Below are positions 9,093-18,889 of a stretch of DNA of 64,000 nt, in pieces. This stretch comes from a virus. Taxonomy: Duplodnaviria; Caudoviricetes. The notes below the pieces were generated by a model. That model made no database searches. It was given only the letters and a program-made list of their open reading frames with translations, and was not told the DNA's origin. Each line of letters begins with the position of its first letter. The first letter of the stretch is position 1. The DNA lies in the IMG/VR virus record IMGVR_UViG_3300042453_004186, positions 425 to 64,424 of that record. One strand, given 5' to 3'. The position numbers and the translations under genes were made by a program.

Positions 9093-10133
9093 ATGGATAA
9101 AAAGGACCTATTAAGATTACTAGACGACATGGATAAACCCAGTAATCCTGTCGGAACATTTAACAAACACAGTAGAGTATTAATTATAGATGGTTTAAAT
9201 TTATTTTTACGTAACTTTGCTGTATTGAATTATGTCAATCAAGATGGGGTCCACATAGGTGGGTTGGGAGGATTCTTACGCTCATTAGGATTCTTAATAA
9301 CCCAAAACAAGCCCACTTCCGTTTACATTATATTTGATGGGGTAGGTTCAACCGTTAATCGGAAGAACCTACTCCCCGAATATAAATCGGGAAGGAATAT
9401 ATCTCGAATGACTAATCATGATACATTTGATGATTTAGATGAAGAAAACGAATCTAAAGTAAACCAAATATCACGACTGATACATTATCTACGTTGTTTA
9501 CCCGTTAATCTTATATCACTCGATAAAGTTGAGGCAGATGACGTTATATCGCATTTATCCCGCTATATGTCAACTAAATACGATAGCAAATGTGTGATTG
9601 TATCCGCAGATAAAGACTTCCTACAATTAGTAGACGATAATATTACTGTGTATAGTCCAATGATTAAAGAGTACTATACTCCAACTACAGTAGTAGAAAA
9701 ATTTGGATTATCTCCTAAGAATTTTATATTATATAAGACATTAATGGGTGATAATTCAGATAAAATACCGGGAGTAAAAGGTTTAGGACCTAAAAAGATA
9801 TTTAAATTCTTCCCAGAATTGCAGGCCCAAGATATGTCTTTAGATGATTTGTTTAACATTTGTGAAAGCAAATATAAGGAACATGTTATTTACTCTAAAA
9901 TCATATTTGATTTTGATGCTATAAAAAACCACTATAAGATAATGGATTTAGGTAACCCATTATTAGATGAAGACGAAAAAGAATTTATTGAAGAAATAAT
10001 TAGTAATAATGTAGATTCAATAAAAGCTGCTGATTTCCTAAAGATGTACCATGAAGATGGTTTAGGACATATCCTTAATAATATAGATTATTGGATTAGA
10101 AATACATTCACAACATTAAATAGTTTTAAATAA
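9093..10133 (+). CDS. 5'-3' exonuclease / flap endonuclease (T4 RNase H-like)
   Basis: IIDGLN, EYKSGR, EADDVI, SADKDFLQL, GDNSDKIPGVKGLGPK. Confidence 0.92.
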   Translation: MDKKDLLRLLDDMDKPSNPVGTFNKHSRVLIIDGLNLFLRNFAVLNYVNQDGVHIGGLGGFLRSLGFLITQNKPTSVYIIFDGVGSTVNRKNLLPEYKSGRNISRMTNHDTFDDLDEENESKVNQISRLIHYLRCLPVNLISLDKVEADDVISHLSRYMSTKYDSKCVIVSADKDFLQLVDDNITVYSPMIKEYYTPTTVVEKFGLSPKNFILYKTLMGDNSDKIPGVKGLGPKKIFKFFPELQAQDMSLDDLFNICESKYKEHVIYSKIIFDFDAIKNHYKIMDLGNPLLDEDEKEFIEEIISNNVDSIKAADFLKMYHEDGLGHILNNIDYWIRNTFTTLNSFK

Positions 10134-10142
10134 ACAAGTTAT

Positions 10143-11507
10143 ATGACATTAAGCACACTGTCTCAGTATGGAATGCACTTCCAGATCAAAGTTTTGTCCT
10201 CTTTACTTACACGTAAAGAATTTCTAATAAACATCCATGATGTAATTAGTGAAGAGTACTTTGACAATTCGGCACATAAATGGATTATTAGTGAAATTCT
10301 TAAGTATTACAACCATTACCATACTACACCAAGTATGGATATACTTAAGGTAGAAATGAAAAAAATTGAAAATGAAGTATTACAACTAGCAATTAAAGAA
10401 CAACTTCGAGAAGCATATACTGCCTCAGAAGATGATTTAGCATATGTTGAACAAGAATTTTCTAATTTTTGTAAAAACCAACAACTAAAAAAAGCACTAT
10501 TAACATCAGTTGACTTATTAAAAGCAGGAGACTACGATTCAATTAGACATTTGGTTGATAATGCCTTAAAATCAGGTCAAGATAAAAATCTAGGTTTAGA
10601 ATATAATAAAGACATTGAGTCTCGATATAGAGAAGAACACCGAATTGCAATTCCTACACCTTGGGATTTATTTAACAACTTATTCCAAGGTGGCATTGGA
10701 CCAGGTGACTTTGGCTTAATATTTGGTAATCCGGGAGGTGGTAAATCATGGACATTAATTGCCCTAGGAGCACATGCTGTTAAATTAGGATTTAATGTTA
10801 TACATTATACTCTTGAGTTAGGTGAAGATTATGTAGGAAGACGATATGATGCTTGTTTTACAGAAGTACCTGTAAACACAATTATGGATTTCAAAGACAG
10901 AGTAGAATCAACTATTACCGAATTACCCGGCAATCTAGTAATTAAAGAATACTCACCAGGCAAAGCATCAATGTCTACATTAGAGGCACATATTAAAAAA
11001 TGCATTGAACAAGATTTTAGACCAGACCTTATTATCATTGATTACGTAGATCTTCTTCGTTCTAAAAGAACAAACTCTGAAAGGAAAGAGGAAATAGATG
11101 ATATTTATTTAAGCACAAAAGGATTAGCTCGTGAGATGAAAATTCCAATTTGGAGTGTATCCCAAGTTAATAGATCAGGTGCAAAAGATGACATTATTGA
11201 AGGAGATAAAGCAGCCGGTAGCTACGATAAAATTATGATTACAGATATATCAATTTCATTATCACGTAAAAAAGAAGATAAGGTAGCCGGCACAGGTCGA
11301 TTCCATATCATGAAAAATCGTTATGGTGGTGATGGAATGACATTTGGAGCCAAAGTAAACACATCAACTGGCCACTTCGAGATATTTGATGACTACGAAG
11401 AAAACGAAGAATCATATACCCCTTCTAAACCTGTAAACGAATTCAGCGACGTAAACGCTCAGGAACGAGAGACTCTTAAAAAGAAGTTTTTCGAATTACA
11501 ATCTTAA
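10143..11507 (+). CDS. Replicative DnaB/gp41-like helicase
   Basis: GNPGGGKS, TLEL, IIDYVDLL, SQVNR, KNRYG. Confidence 0.92.
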   Translation: MTLSTLSQYGMHFQIKVLSSLLTRKEFLINIHDVISEEYFDNSAHKWIISEILKYYNHYHTTPSMDILKVEMKKIENEVLQLAIKEQLREAYTASEDDLAYVEQEFSNFCKNQQLKKALLTSVDLLKAGDYDSIRHLVDNALKSGQDKNLGLEYNKDIESRYREEHRIAIPTPWDLFNNLFQGGIGPGDFGLIFGNPGGGKSWTLIALGAHAVKLGFNVIHYTLELGEDYVGRRYDACFTEVPVNTIMDFKDRVESTITELPGNLVIKEYSPGKASMSTLEAHIKKCIEQDFRPDLIIIDYVDLLRSKRTNSERKEEIDDIYLSTKGLAREMKIPIWSVSQVNRSGAKDDIIEGDKAAGSYDKIMITDISISLSRKKEDKVAGTGRFHIMKNRYGGDGMTFGAKVNTSTGHFEIFDDYEENEESYTPSKPVNEFSDVNAQERETLKKKFFELQS

Positions 11508-11522
11508 TATTATATTTACAAA

Positions 11523-12473
11523 ATGATTATCGAAGCTAGAAATTTCTACAAGCCATTCGAGTACCAACAGGCTTTTGATTTTTATAAAGATCAACACCGT
11601 TCACATTGGTTAGCGGATGAAGTTCCACTCGCATCTGATTTAGGTGACTGGAAATTAAAATTAACTGAACCTGAGAAGAATTTAATTGGAAACATATTAA
11701 AATCATTTGCTCAAACAGAAGTTCACGTAAATGATTATTGGTCGACAAAAGTATCAGTATGGTTTCCAAAACCTGAAATTCAAGCAATGGCTCGTGTGTT
11801 TGCTGATTTTGAATCAATTCATGCTGAAGCATATGCTCGTTTGAATGAAGAATTAGGTTTAGATGATTTTCAAGCGTTCTTAGAAGACGAAACATCAAAA
11901 GCAAAAATTGAGCGTTTAATTGAAACACCAGGTGAAACATTAGAGGAAAGAGCATTATCATTAGCCATATTCTCAGCGTTCACTGAAGGAGTAAATTTAT
12001 TTAGTTCGTTTGCTATATTAATGAGTTTCCAATTAAGAAACTTAATGAAAGGAACAGGCCAAATTGTTGAATGGAGTGTTAGAGATGAATCATTACATTC
12101 TAAAGCAGGATGTTGGTTGTTTAGAACATTACTTGAAGAACAACCAGAACTAAATACTGACGTTTTAAGAAAAGCAGTAACCGAAGCTTGTCAAATATCA
12201 GTACAATTAGAATTTGATTTTATTGATAAGGCGTTTGAAATGGGAGATGTTGATGGATTAAATGTTAATCAACTAAAAAATTTCATTAAAGCACGAGCTA
12301 ACGAAAAAATGATAGAATTAGGTTACACCGCGATTTATAATGACATTGATCCAAATTTATTAAAACAAATTGAGTGGTTTGGTCATTTAACAAGTGGTAA
12401 AACACATCAAGATTTCTTTGCAGGAAGAGTAACAAGTTATTCAAAATCAACAGCAGATTGGGACGATTTATAA
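11523..12473 (+). CDS. nrdB: Class I ribonucleotide reductase beta subunit
   Basis: ESIHAEAY, EGVNLFSSF, RDESLH, DFF C-terminal motif. Confidence 0.95.
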   Translation: MIIEARNFYKPFEYQQAFDFYKDQHRSHWLADEVPLASDLGDWKLKLTEPEKNLIGNILKSFAQTEVHVNDYWSTKVSVWFPKPEIQAMARVFADFESIHAEAYARLNEELGLDDFQAFLEDETSKAKIERLIETPGETLEERALSLAIFSAFTEGVNLFSSFAILMSFQLRNLMKGTGQIVEWSVRDESLHSKAGCWLFRTLLEEQPELNTDVLRKAVTEACQISVQLEFDFIDKAFEMGDVDGLNVNQLKNFIKARANEKMIELGYTAIYNDIDPNLLKQIEWFGHLTSGKTHQDFFAGRVTSYSKSTADWDDL

Positions 12474-12483
12474 AATATAAAAA

Positions 12484-14208
12484 ATGAGTATACAAGTAGA
12501 CACAGATGGATGGGTTAAAGGAAAGAATTACCCAAGTTGGATGGATGAGATAGCAGTTAGTATGATTTCAAAAGGTTATTTATTACCTGATGAAGATGTA
12601 TTTGACGCATATAAGAGAGTAACTAAATCAGCTGCTCGCAGATTAAAACGTAAAGACTTACAACCATTCTTTTATGAGGCAATAGTTAAGAACTGGTTAT
12701 GTTTAGCATCACCTGTATTATCAAATTTAGGTACAGAACGTGGAATGCCAATTTCATGCTTTGGTATTGATGTTGGAGATAGTATCGAAGGCATAGCAGA
12801 TGCTAACTCTGAGTTAATGAGACTATCATCTCAAGGTGGTGGTGTAGGCATTGGTTTATCTCGCATTAGAGGCCGAGGTAAACAAATTAAAGACAATGGT
12901 GTGTCTGAAGGTATTGTTCCATGGGCTAAAATTTATGACTCAACTATTTTAGCTACTAATCAAGGATCAGTTCGTAGAGGAGCAGCATCAGTTAATTTAC
13001 ATATTAACCATCCTGACATTGAGGAATTTTTACAAATTCGTAGACCAAAAGGTGATGTTAATCGTCAATGTTTGAATTTACATCAGTGCGTTGTTATTGA
13101 TGATAAGTTTATGACTGACCTAGACAATAAAGAGCCTAGAGCAATGAAATTGTGGGGTGAGATTTTAAAAACACGTCTTGAAACAGGTGAACCTTATATC
13201 ATGTTTGAAGATAATGTTAACAATGATAATCCTGAAGCATATAAGAAAAATAACTTAAATGTTTCAATGACTAATATTTGTTCTGAAATCTCATTATATA
13301 CAGACGAATTACACTCATTCATTTGCTGTTTATCATCTTTAAACTTAGCTCGTTGGGATGAATGGAAAGATTTTACATTTGAGAATGGAATGACATTACC
13401 TGAATTAACTTGTTGGTTCTTAGAAGGTGTATTGCAAGAATTTATTGATAGAGCTAAAAATGTTAAGTTTATGGAAAACACAGTTCGTTCTGCTACTAAA
13501 GGTAGAGCAATTGGAATTGGTGTTTTAGGATGGCATACCTTTTTACAATCAAAGAACTTACCATTTGTAGGTATTCAAGCAACTGCTCATACAAGAATGA
13601 TATCTGACTTTATTGAGAAAGGCGCTTTAAAAGCATCTCGTGAACAAGCAGAATTATATGGTGAGCCAGAATGGTGTAAAGGTACAGGTATGAGACATAC
13701 TCATCACTTAGCAATTGCACCTACAGTATCAAACGCCCATATTTCAGGAGGTGTATCACCTTCAATCGAACCTATTCCTGCTAACGTTTATAATTTGAAA
13801 ACAGCAAAAGGTGTATTCATTAAACGTAATAGAATATTAGAAGAATTACTTGAAACTAAAGGATATAATATTGATAGTGTTTGGGAACAAATTCTAAAAG
13901 ATCAAGGCTCAGTTATTAATGTCCCTTCTTATATTTTAACTGATGAGGAAAAGGAAGTATTCTTAACATTCAAAGAAATCAATCAATTAGAAATTGTAAG
14001 ACAAAATGGTGTTAGACAAGAATATGTAGATCAAGCTATTTCATTAAATTTATGTTTTGACCCAAATGATACTCCAAAATGGATTAGCCAAGTACATAAA
14101 GAGGCTCATAAATTAGGAATTAAAACATTATATTACTTACGCACTGAATCAGTGTTAAGAGGAGATAATTTACAGCGCTTATCAGAATGTATCTCTTGCG
14201 AGGGGTAA
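12484..14208 (+). CDS. nrdA: Class I ribonucleotide reductase alpha subunit (short, no ATP cone evident)
   Basis: PISCF, TNICSEI, CCLSS, APTVS, KTLYY, C-terminal CISCEG. Confidence 0.95.
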   Translation: MSIQVDTDGWVKGKNYPSWMDEIAVSMISKGYLLPDEDVFDAYKRVTKSAARRLKRKDLQPFFYEAIVKNWLCLASPVLSNLGTERGMPISCFGIDVGDSIEGIADANSELMRLSSQGGGVGIGLSRIRGRGKQIKDNGVSEGIVPWAKIYDSTILATNQGSVRRGAASVNLHINHPDIEEFLQIRRPKGDVNRQCLNLHQCVVIDDKFMTDLDNKEPRAMKLWGEILKTRLETGEPYIMFEDNVNNDNPEAYKKNNLNVSMTNICSEISLYTDELHSFICCLSSLNLARWDEWKDFTFENGMTLPELTCWFLEGVLQEFIDRAKNVKFMENTVRSATKGRAIGIGVLGWHTFLQSKNLPFVGIQATAHTRMISDFIEKGALKASREQAELYGEPEWCKGTGMRHTHHLAIAPTVSNAHISGGVSPSIEPIPANVYNLKTAKGVFIKRNRILEELLETKGYNIDSVWEQILKDQGSVINVPSYILTDEEKEVFLTFKEINQLEIVRQNGVRQEYVDQAISLNLCFDPNDTPKWISQVHKEAHKLGIKTLYYLRTESVLRGDNLQRLSECISCEG

Positions 14209-14228
14209 GCGATTTTATATAAATAAAA

Positions 14229-14260
14229 TGTGGCCTTCGGGCCATTTTTTATTATCTTTA
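14229..14260 (+). promoter_or_regulatory. Promoter overlapping terminator
   Basis: TGTG-N20-TATCTTTA, ATG 4 nt downstream. Confidence 0.65.
14231..14250 (+). terminator. Intrinsic terminator after nrdA
   Basis: TGGCC-TTCG-GGCCA + T6. Confidence 0.8.
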
Positions 14261-14264
14261 CAGC

Positions 14265-14558
14265 ATGAAAGTTGGAGCCTTAGTAGAATGTATCAATGAT
14301 ACATGGAAACAAGAAACAATAAATTTAATACCCAATAGACCTATTAAGGGAAAATACTACACTATTCGAACTGTTGAAAAATACCCACATGGTGTGGGTG
14401 TCACATTAGAAGAAGTTGTTAACGGAATGATAGCCATGCATAATGGCCAACCTACTGAACCTACATTCGATGCAGAACGATTCCGTGAACTAGAAGACCT
14501 ACCAGATATAGAAGAGCTTTTAGAAGAAGTTTTTTCAGATGAACTTGTAAGCAAATAA
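14265..14558 (+). CDS. Hypothetical protein
   Basis: ORF directly after promoter motif. Confidence 0.7.
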   Translation: MKVGALVECINDTWKQETINLIPNRPIKGKYYTIRTVEKYPHGVGVTLEEVVNGMIAMHNGQPTEPTFDAERFRELEDLPDIEELLEEVFSDELVSK

Positions 14559-14582
14559 TCTAATATTTATATTAAATCAGTT

Positions 14583-15398
14583 ATGAAAACACCCCGTATC
14601 AAATTATCACACGAAGTACCATTAGCAGTACTACCCGTATCAAAAACATTTAACGATTATGATTATTGTTTGCCTCATTTGTTAGACAAAGAATATGATT
14701 ACTTTGCGTATTTTGAAGAAGCTAAAAAAGAAGGCCGATATATTATCATGGATAATAGTTTACATGAACTAGGCCATGCTTATGATACAGATCGTTTATT
14801 ACATTGGGTAAACTACTTTAAGCCAAATGAATTTATTGTACCCGATGTATGGCAAGACATGCAAGGTTCTATTGATAATGCAGCAGAATGGGCTCATATT
14901 GAGTTACCTGAAGAAACATTAAAAGTAGCAGTAGTACAAGCAACTTGTATTGAAGATGCTGCTGAATGTTATTTAAAATACAAAGCATTAGGTTACAAGA
15001 AAATAGCATTTTCATATGGTGCTGGGTACTATAAAGAGCACTTCAATCACCCCAACCCAGCTATATCAACTGCTATGGGTAGAGTAAACGTTATTGGTAC
15101 ATTGTATGCGGCTGAAGTAATCGATGATAGTGATAGAATCCATTTACTTGGATGTGCAGCGCCACAAGAATTTATTTACTATAAAGATATGAAGTTTATT
15201 GAAACAATAGATACTTCAAACCCAATTATGGCTGCTATGGAAGGTACATTATATACTAATCAAGGATTAGATGAAAAACCAATACTCAAAATTGACCAGG
15301 CAATGAATACACCTGTAGGGATGATTGATTGGGTTAAAATCCATACTAATGTAAATAAGTTTAGAGAAATAAATCAGTTACAAACAATTTTAAATTAA
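14583..15398 (+). CDS. Divergent TGT/DpdA-like guanine transglycosylase-fold protein
   Basis: IIMDNS, FIVPD, VAVVQ, IHLLG, TIDTS in TGT-barrel order; just upstream of queC. Confidence 0.6.
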   Translation: MKTPRIKLSHEVPLAVLPVSKTFNDYDYCLPHLLDKEYDYFAYFEEAKKEGRYIIMDNSLHELGHAYDTDRLLHWVNYFKPNEFIVPDVWQDMQGSIDNAAEWAHIELPEETLKVAVVQATCIEDAAECYLKYKALGYKKIAFSYGAGYYKEHFNHPNPAISTAMGRVNVIGTLYAAEVIDDSDRIHLLGCAAPQEFIYYKDMKFIETIDTSNPIMAAMEGTLYTNQGLDEKPILKIDQAMNTPVGMIDWVKIHTNVNKFREINQLQTILN

Positions 15399-15406
15399 TA
15401 AAAGTT

Positions 15407-15559
15407 ATGGAAGAAACATGGTTTGGGGGTATTTCTCCTACACAAGGTAACCTATATGAACAAGAATGGACTGAGGCTATTAAAAAGTTAAGGAAAGGTC
15501 GTCTTAGTTTATCAAACGAGGATACAAATATTATATTACAAATAGCAAATAAATTATGA
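15407..15559 (+). CDS. Small hypothetical protein (50 aa)
   Basis: Manual translation MEETWFGG...ANKL; ATGA overlap with queC. Confidence 0.55.
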   Translation: MEETWFGGISPTQGNLYEQEWTEAIKKLRKGRLSLSNEDTNIILQIANKL

Positions 15560-16437
15560 AGAAACAAGCAGTATTATCATTAAGTGGGGGAATGGATAGT
15601 TCCACTTTATTGCTTCATCTACTTGCCAATGGCTATGAAGTTACAGCATTATCATTCGATTATGGTCAAAAACATAATGTAGAATTAGAACGTGCTAAAG
15701 ATTTAGTTAAGTATATTAATAGTAGTCCTAACCGAGAATGGTATAACAGTGATTTTGAACAAATGGTTATCAATTATCCTATTGTTAAACATCAAGTGAT
15801 TGAACTTAAAGGATTATCTGAATTACTAAACTCAGCATTAGTAACTGGTGGTAAAGAAGTACCTGAAGGACACTATGCTGAAGAAAATATGAAAGCAACA
15901 GTAGTCCCAAATCGTAATAAGATTTTTAGTTCTATTATTCAAGCAGTTGCATTATCAATTGCCGAACAGAAAGGGACAGATTGCGCTATAGCAATGGGTA
16001 TTCACGCAGGTGACCACGCTATTTATCCTGATTGCCGCCAAGAATTTAGAGATGCTGATTTTGAAGCATTTAAAGCGGGTAATTGGGGAGCTGAGAAAGT
16101 ATATCACTATACACCTTATCTTCATACTGATAAGTTTGGTATTCTAGAAGATGGGGATAAGTGTGTAAATAAACTTGGCTTAGACTTTAATGAAGTGTAT
16201 GTTCGCACTAACACAAGTTACAAACCAATCAAACATTACTACAGACCAGAAACAAATGCTTACAAATGGTACTCAGACTATAAATCAGCATCATCAGTAG
16301 AACGAGTTGAGGCATTTATGAAACTTGGAAAACCAGACCCTTGCGAATATGCAAATGAAACAGGTCCTGTAAGTTGGGAAACAGTAGTAGAACATGTAAA
16401 AACAATTTTAAATAATCATAATAATGCCAACATCTAA
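15556..16437 (+). CDS. queC: 7-cyano-7-deazaguanine synthase
   Basis: SGGMDS, FDYGQKH..E, VPNRN, YPDCRQEF. Confidence 0.92.
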   Translation: MKKQAVLSLSGGMDSSTLLLHLLANGYEVTALSFDYGQKHNVELERAKDLVKYINSSPNREWYNSDFEQMVINYPIVKHQVIELKGLSELLNSALVTGGKEVPEGHYAEENMKATVVPNRNKIFSSIIQAVALSIAEQKGTDCAIAMGIHAGDHAIYPDCRQEFRDADFEAFKAGNWGAEKVYHYTPYLHTDKFGILEDGDKCVNKLGLDFNEVYVRTNTSYKPIKHYYRPETNAYKWYSDYKSASSVERVEAFMKLGKPDPCEYANETGPVSWETVVEHVKTILNNHNNANI

Positions 16438-16588
16438 AAAACGAGGTGGGAAGAAAGCTCACAACAAGCGAGTTTCAAATCGAAATGAAACAATTGCTAA
16501 AAATAGATTAGTTATGGAACGTAAATTTATGGCCATGCTAAAAGAACAAATGCAACGACAAAACCCAGAAACTGAAGACAATGCCTAA
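16424..16588 (+). CDS. Small basic hypothetical protein (54 aa)
   Basis: Manual translation MPTSKKRGGKKAHNKRV...; fills the gap and overlaps both neighbours. Confidence 0.55.
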   Translation: MPTSKKRGGKKAHNKRVSNRNETIAKNRLVMERKFMAMLKEQMQRQNPETEDNA

Positions 16589-16835
16589 AGAATTATTTTA
16601 TTACACAGCACCATGGTGTCAACCATGCCAAACATTAGGTCCAATTATGGAGGATGTTGCTAGACAAATCCCAGTCCATAAACAAAATATTGACTATATT
16701 GACCCAGCAATATTAACAGCTGCTAATGTACGAAATGTACCCACAGTAGTATTAACAGAAAATGGTCAAGAATTAAAACGTTTTGTAGGCGTAAAATCAC
16801 ATTCACAAATTATTAATTGGTTAAACGAAGGATAA
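16581..16835 (+). CDS. Thioredoxin
   Basis: WCQPC, VRNVPT. Confidence 0.88.
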   Translation: MPKELFYYTAPWCQPCQTLGPIMEDVARQIPVHKQNIDYIDPAILTAANVRNVPTVVLTENGQELKRFVGVKSHSQIINWLNEG

Positions 16836-17317
16836 TGGCAACAAGATATATATCAACTAAATTATTTGAAAACTACTCAGTAGCAATTAGACAATATAAA
16901 GCAGCACATTCACACTGCCAATTATTACATGGTTATGCTTTAAAATTTAAAGTATGGTTTGCATCTAATGAACCTAATATTGATGAACAATTAGATGATA
17001 TGAATTGGATTGTTGATTATGGTGGATTTAAAACACCACCTAAAGGTAATGGTTTGAAAGATTGGATGGACCATATGTGGGACCATACAACATTAATTCA
17101 AGCTGATGATCCATATCGTGATTTGTTTGAACAGATGCAAATGGAAGGACTATGTAAAGTACATTTCTTAGAAAAGATGGGTGCTGAAAGTAATGCCCGT
17201 TTAGTGTATGAACACTTTAATGAAGTATTATCTAAAACAGATGCTGGTCGTTGTAAATGTATTAAAGTAGAATGCTTTGAAAATGATAATAACAGCTCAA
17301 TTTACGAGGAAATATGA
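16835..17317 (+). CDS. queD: 6-carboxytetrahydropterin synthase
   Basis: HCQLLHGY, WIVDYG, WDH, AES, FEN; TAATG coupling gives start 16835. Confidence 0.88.
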   Translation: MATRYISTKLFENYSVAIRQYKAAHSHCQLLHGYALKFKVWFASNEPNIDEQLDDMNWIVDYGGFKTPPKGNGLKDWMDHMWDHTTLIQADDPYRDLFEQMQMEGLCKVHFLEKMGAESNARLVYEHFNEVLSKTDAGRCKCIKVECFENDNNSSIYEEI

Positions 17318-18096
17318 AACCAGGTAGAATAGAAGATTATAATAAAAAATTACCTATTGTAGAGTTATATACAGCTGTACAATCTGAAGGTAGTAGAGCA
17401 GGTATGCCCACAGTAGTTATTAGAACTACAGGATGTACTCATAGATGTTGGTTTGGTGACGGCGGTTGGTGCGATTCATGGTATACGAGTATTCATCCTG
17501 AAAAAGGAAAATATACGTTTAATGATATTATAGCTATTTATGACAATAACCCATTTATTAGAGAAATGATGTTAACAGGTGGTTCACCTACAATGCATCC
17601 TGACTTAGTAAACGAATTAACCCATTTAGCAGAAAAACGTGGCTTATTTATCACAATCGAAACAGAAGGTTCTCATTTCATTGAAACTGACTACCCTATT
17701 GGTCTTATATCTCTTAGTCCTAAGTTCAGTAACAGCGTTCCTACAATTGGGACTCTTACTCCGCAAGGTAAAGTTGCTGACCAAAAGATGGTGGACCAAC
17801 ATAATAAGTTTCGTCTTGATAAAGAAACAATAAGAAAGACACTAGATTACCATTATGATTATCATTTTAAACCTGTTTGTAATCCTATTGAAATGCCTGA
17901 AGCATGGGCTGAGATTGAAGCATTTAGAGTTGAAATGGATATTCCAAAACGTAAAACTTGGTTAATGCCTCCTGGTGATACAAGAGATGAATTAATCCGA
18001 GTATACCCTATGGTGATGGATTTTTGTAGAGACAATGGTTATAATTTTACAGGACGTGAACATATTATAGCATTTGACACAAAACGAGAAGTATAA
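17314..18096 (+). CDS. queE: 7-carboxy-7-deazaguanine synthase (radical SAM)
   Basis: QSEG...G.P.V.IR..GC..RC...WCDS, TGGSP, IETEG, SLSPK. Confidence 0.9.
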   Translation: MKPGRIEDYNKKLPIVELYTAVQSEGSRAGMPTVVIRTTGCTHRCWFGDGGWCDSWYTSIHPEKGKYTFNDIIAIYDNNPFIREMMLTGGSPTMHPDLVNELTHLAEKRGLFITIETEGSHFIETDYPIGLISLSPKFSNSVPTIGTLTPQGKVADQKMVDQHNKFRLDKETIRKTLDYHYDYHFKPVCNPIEMPEAWAEIEAFRVEMDIPKRKTWLMPPGDTRDELIRVYPMVMDFCRDNGYNFTGREHIIAFDTKREV

Positions 18097-18371
18097 TGGA
18101 TAAACAACTGTTAACCGAAACACTTAAGACAAAGAACACTGTTACACTCTTCTACGCCGACTGGTGTGGGGGGTGTAAAGTGGCTCACCCTATGGTTCAA
18201 GAAATTGCTGAAAAACTTGGGTTTGAATTAATTCAAATTAATGAAAATACTGAGTTAGAAGAAGCATTTGCCGTAGATTATTACCCACACGTAATATTGT
18301 CTCATAAAGGAAAAACTAAAGCATACCCCGGGTTACATTCAATAAAAGAGTTACATGAAAGTATTATTTGA
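18096..18371 (+). CDS. Thioredoxin-like protein
   Basis: FYADWCGGC, YYP. Confidence 0.82.
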   Translation: MDKQLLTETLKTKNTVTLFYADWCGGCKVAHPMVQEIAEKLGFELIQINENTELEEAFAVDYYPHVILSHKGKTKAYPGLHSIKELHESII

Positions 18372-18864
18372 AAATGAAGTTATTGATGCGAGAGTAGATC
18401 ATATCGCAACACAAATTCTAAACCGCCATAAATCCGAAAAAATTCCAATTGTATTGGTATGTGTATTAAATGGTGGTTTTTTATTCTTTAATGAAATAGT
18501 TAAACGACTATCATCATTAGACCCTGAGGTTGATTTCGTAAAAGTAAGATCATATGAAGGTAGAGAACGAGGTGATCTACAAATGATACTTGAAAAATCA
18601 ACAAATGTTACTGGTAAACATGTTTACATCATAGATGATATCTATGACTCAGGAATAACAATGAATGCTCTAGCCAATTACTTCTACTCATACGACCCAG
18701 CAAGTGTTCAAATGGTTACTTTAATTAAACGATACATCAATGAAGTAAATATGCCTGTAGGCTCACTTTATGGATTTGAAATTACAGATGAATGGGTAGT
18801 AGGATATGGGATGGATGATGATTTAGGAAAGAAAAGAAGTTTGCCTTATATATTGGCAATCTAA
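18355..18864 (+). CDS. hpt: Hypoxanthine/guanine phosphoribosyltransferase-like enzyme
   Basis: VLNGG, IIDDIYDSGIT PRPP motif, WVVGYGMD...RSLPYI. Confidence 0.88.
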   Translation: MKVLFENEVIDARVDHIATQILNRHKSEKIPIVLVCVLNGGFLFFNEIVKRLSSLDPEVDFVKVRSYEGRERGDLQMILEKSTNVTGKHVYIIDDIYDSGITMNALANYFYSYDPASVQMVTLIKRYINEVNMPVGSLYGFEITDEWVVGYGMDDDLGKKRSLPYILAI

Positions 18865-18883
18865 AAATAATTTATTACATTTA
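18852..18883 (+). promoter_or_regulatory. Bacteroidota-type promoter
   Basis: ATTG-N20-TACATTTA upstream of folE. Confidence 0.6.
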
Positions 18884-18889
18884 GGTTAT

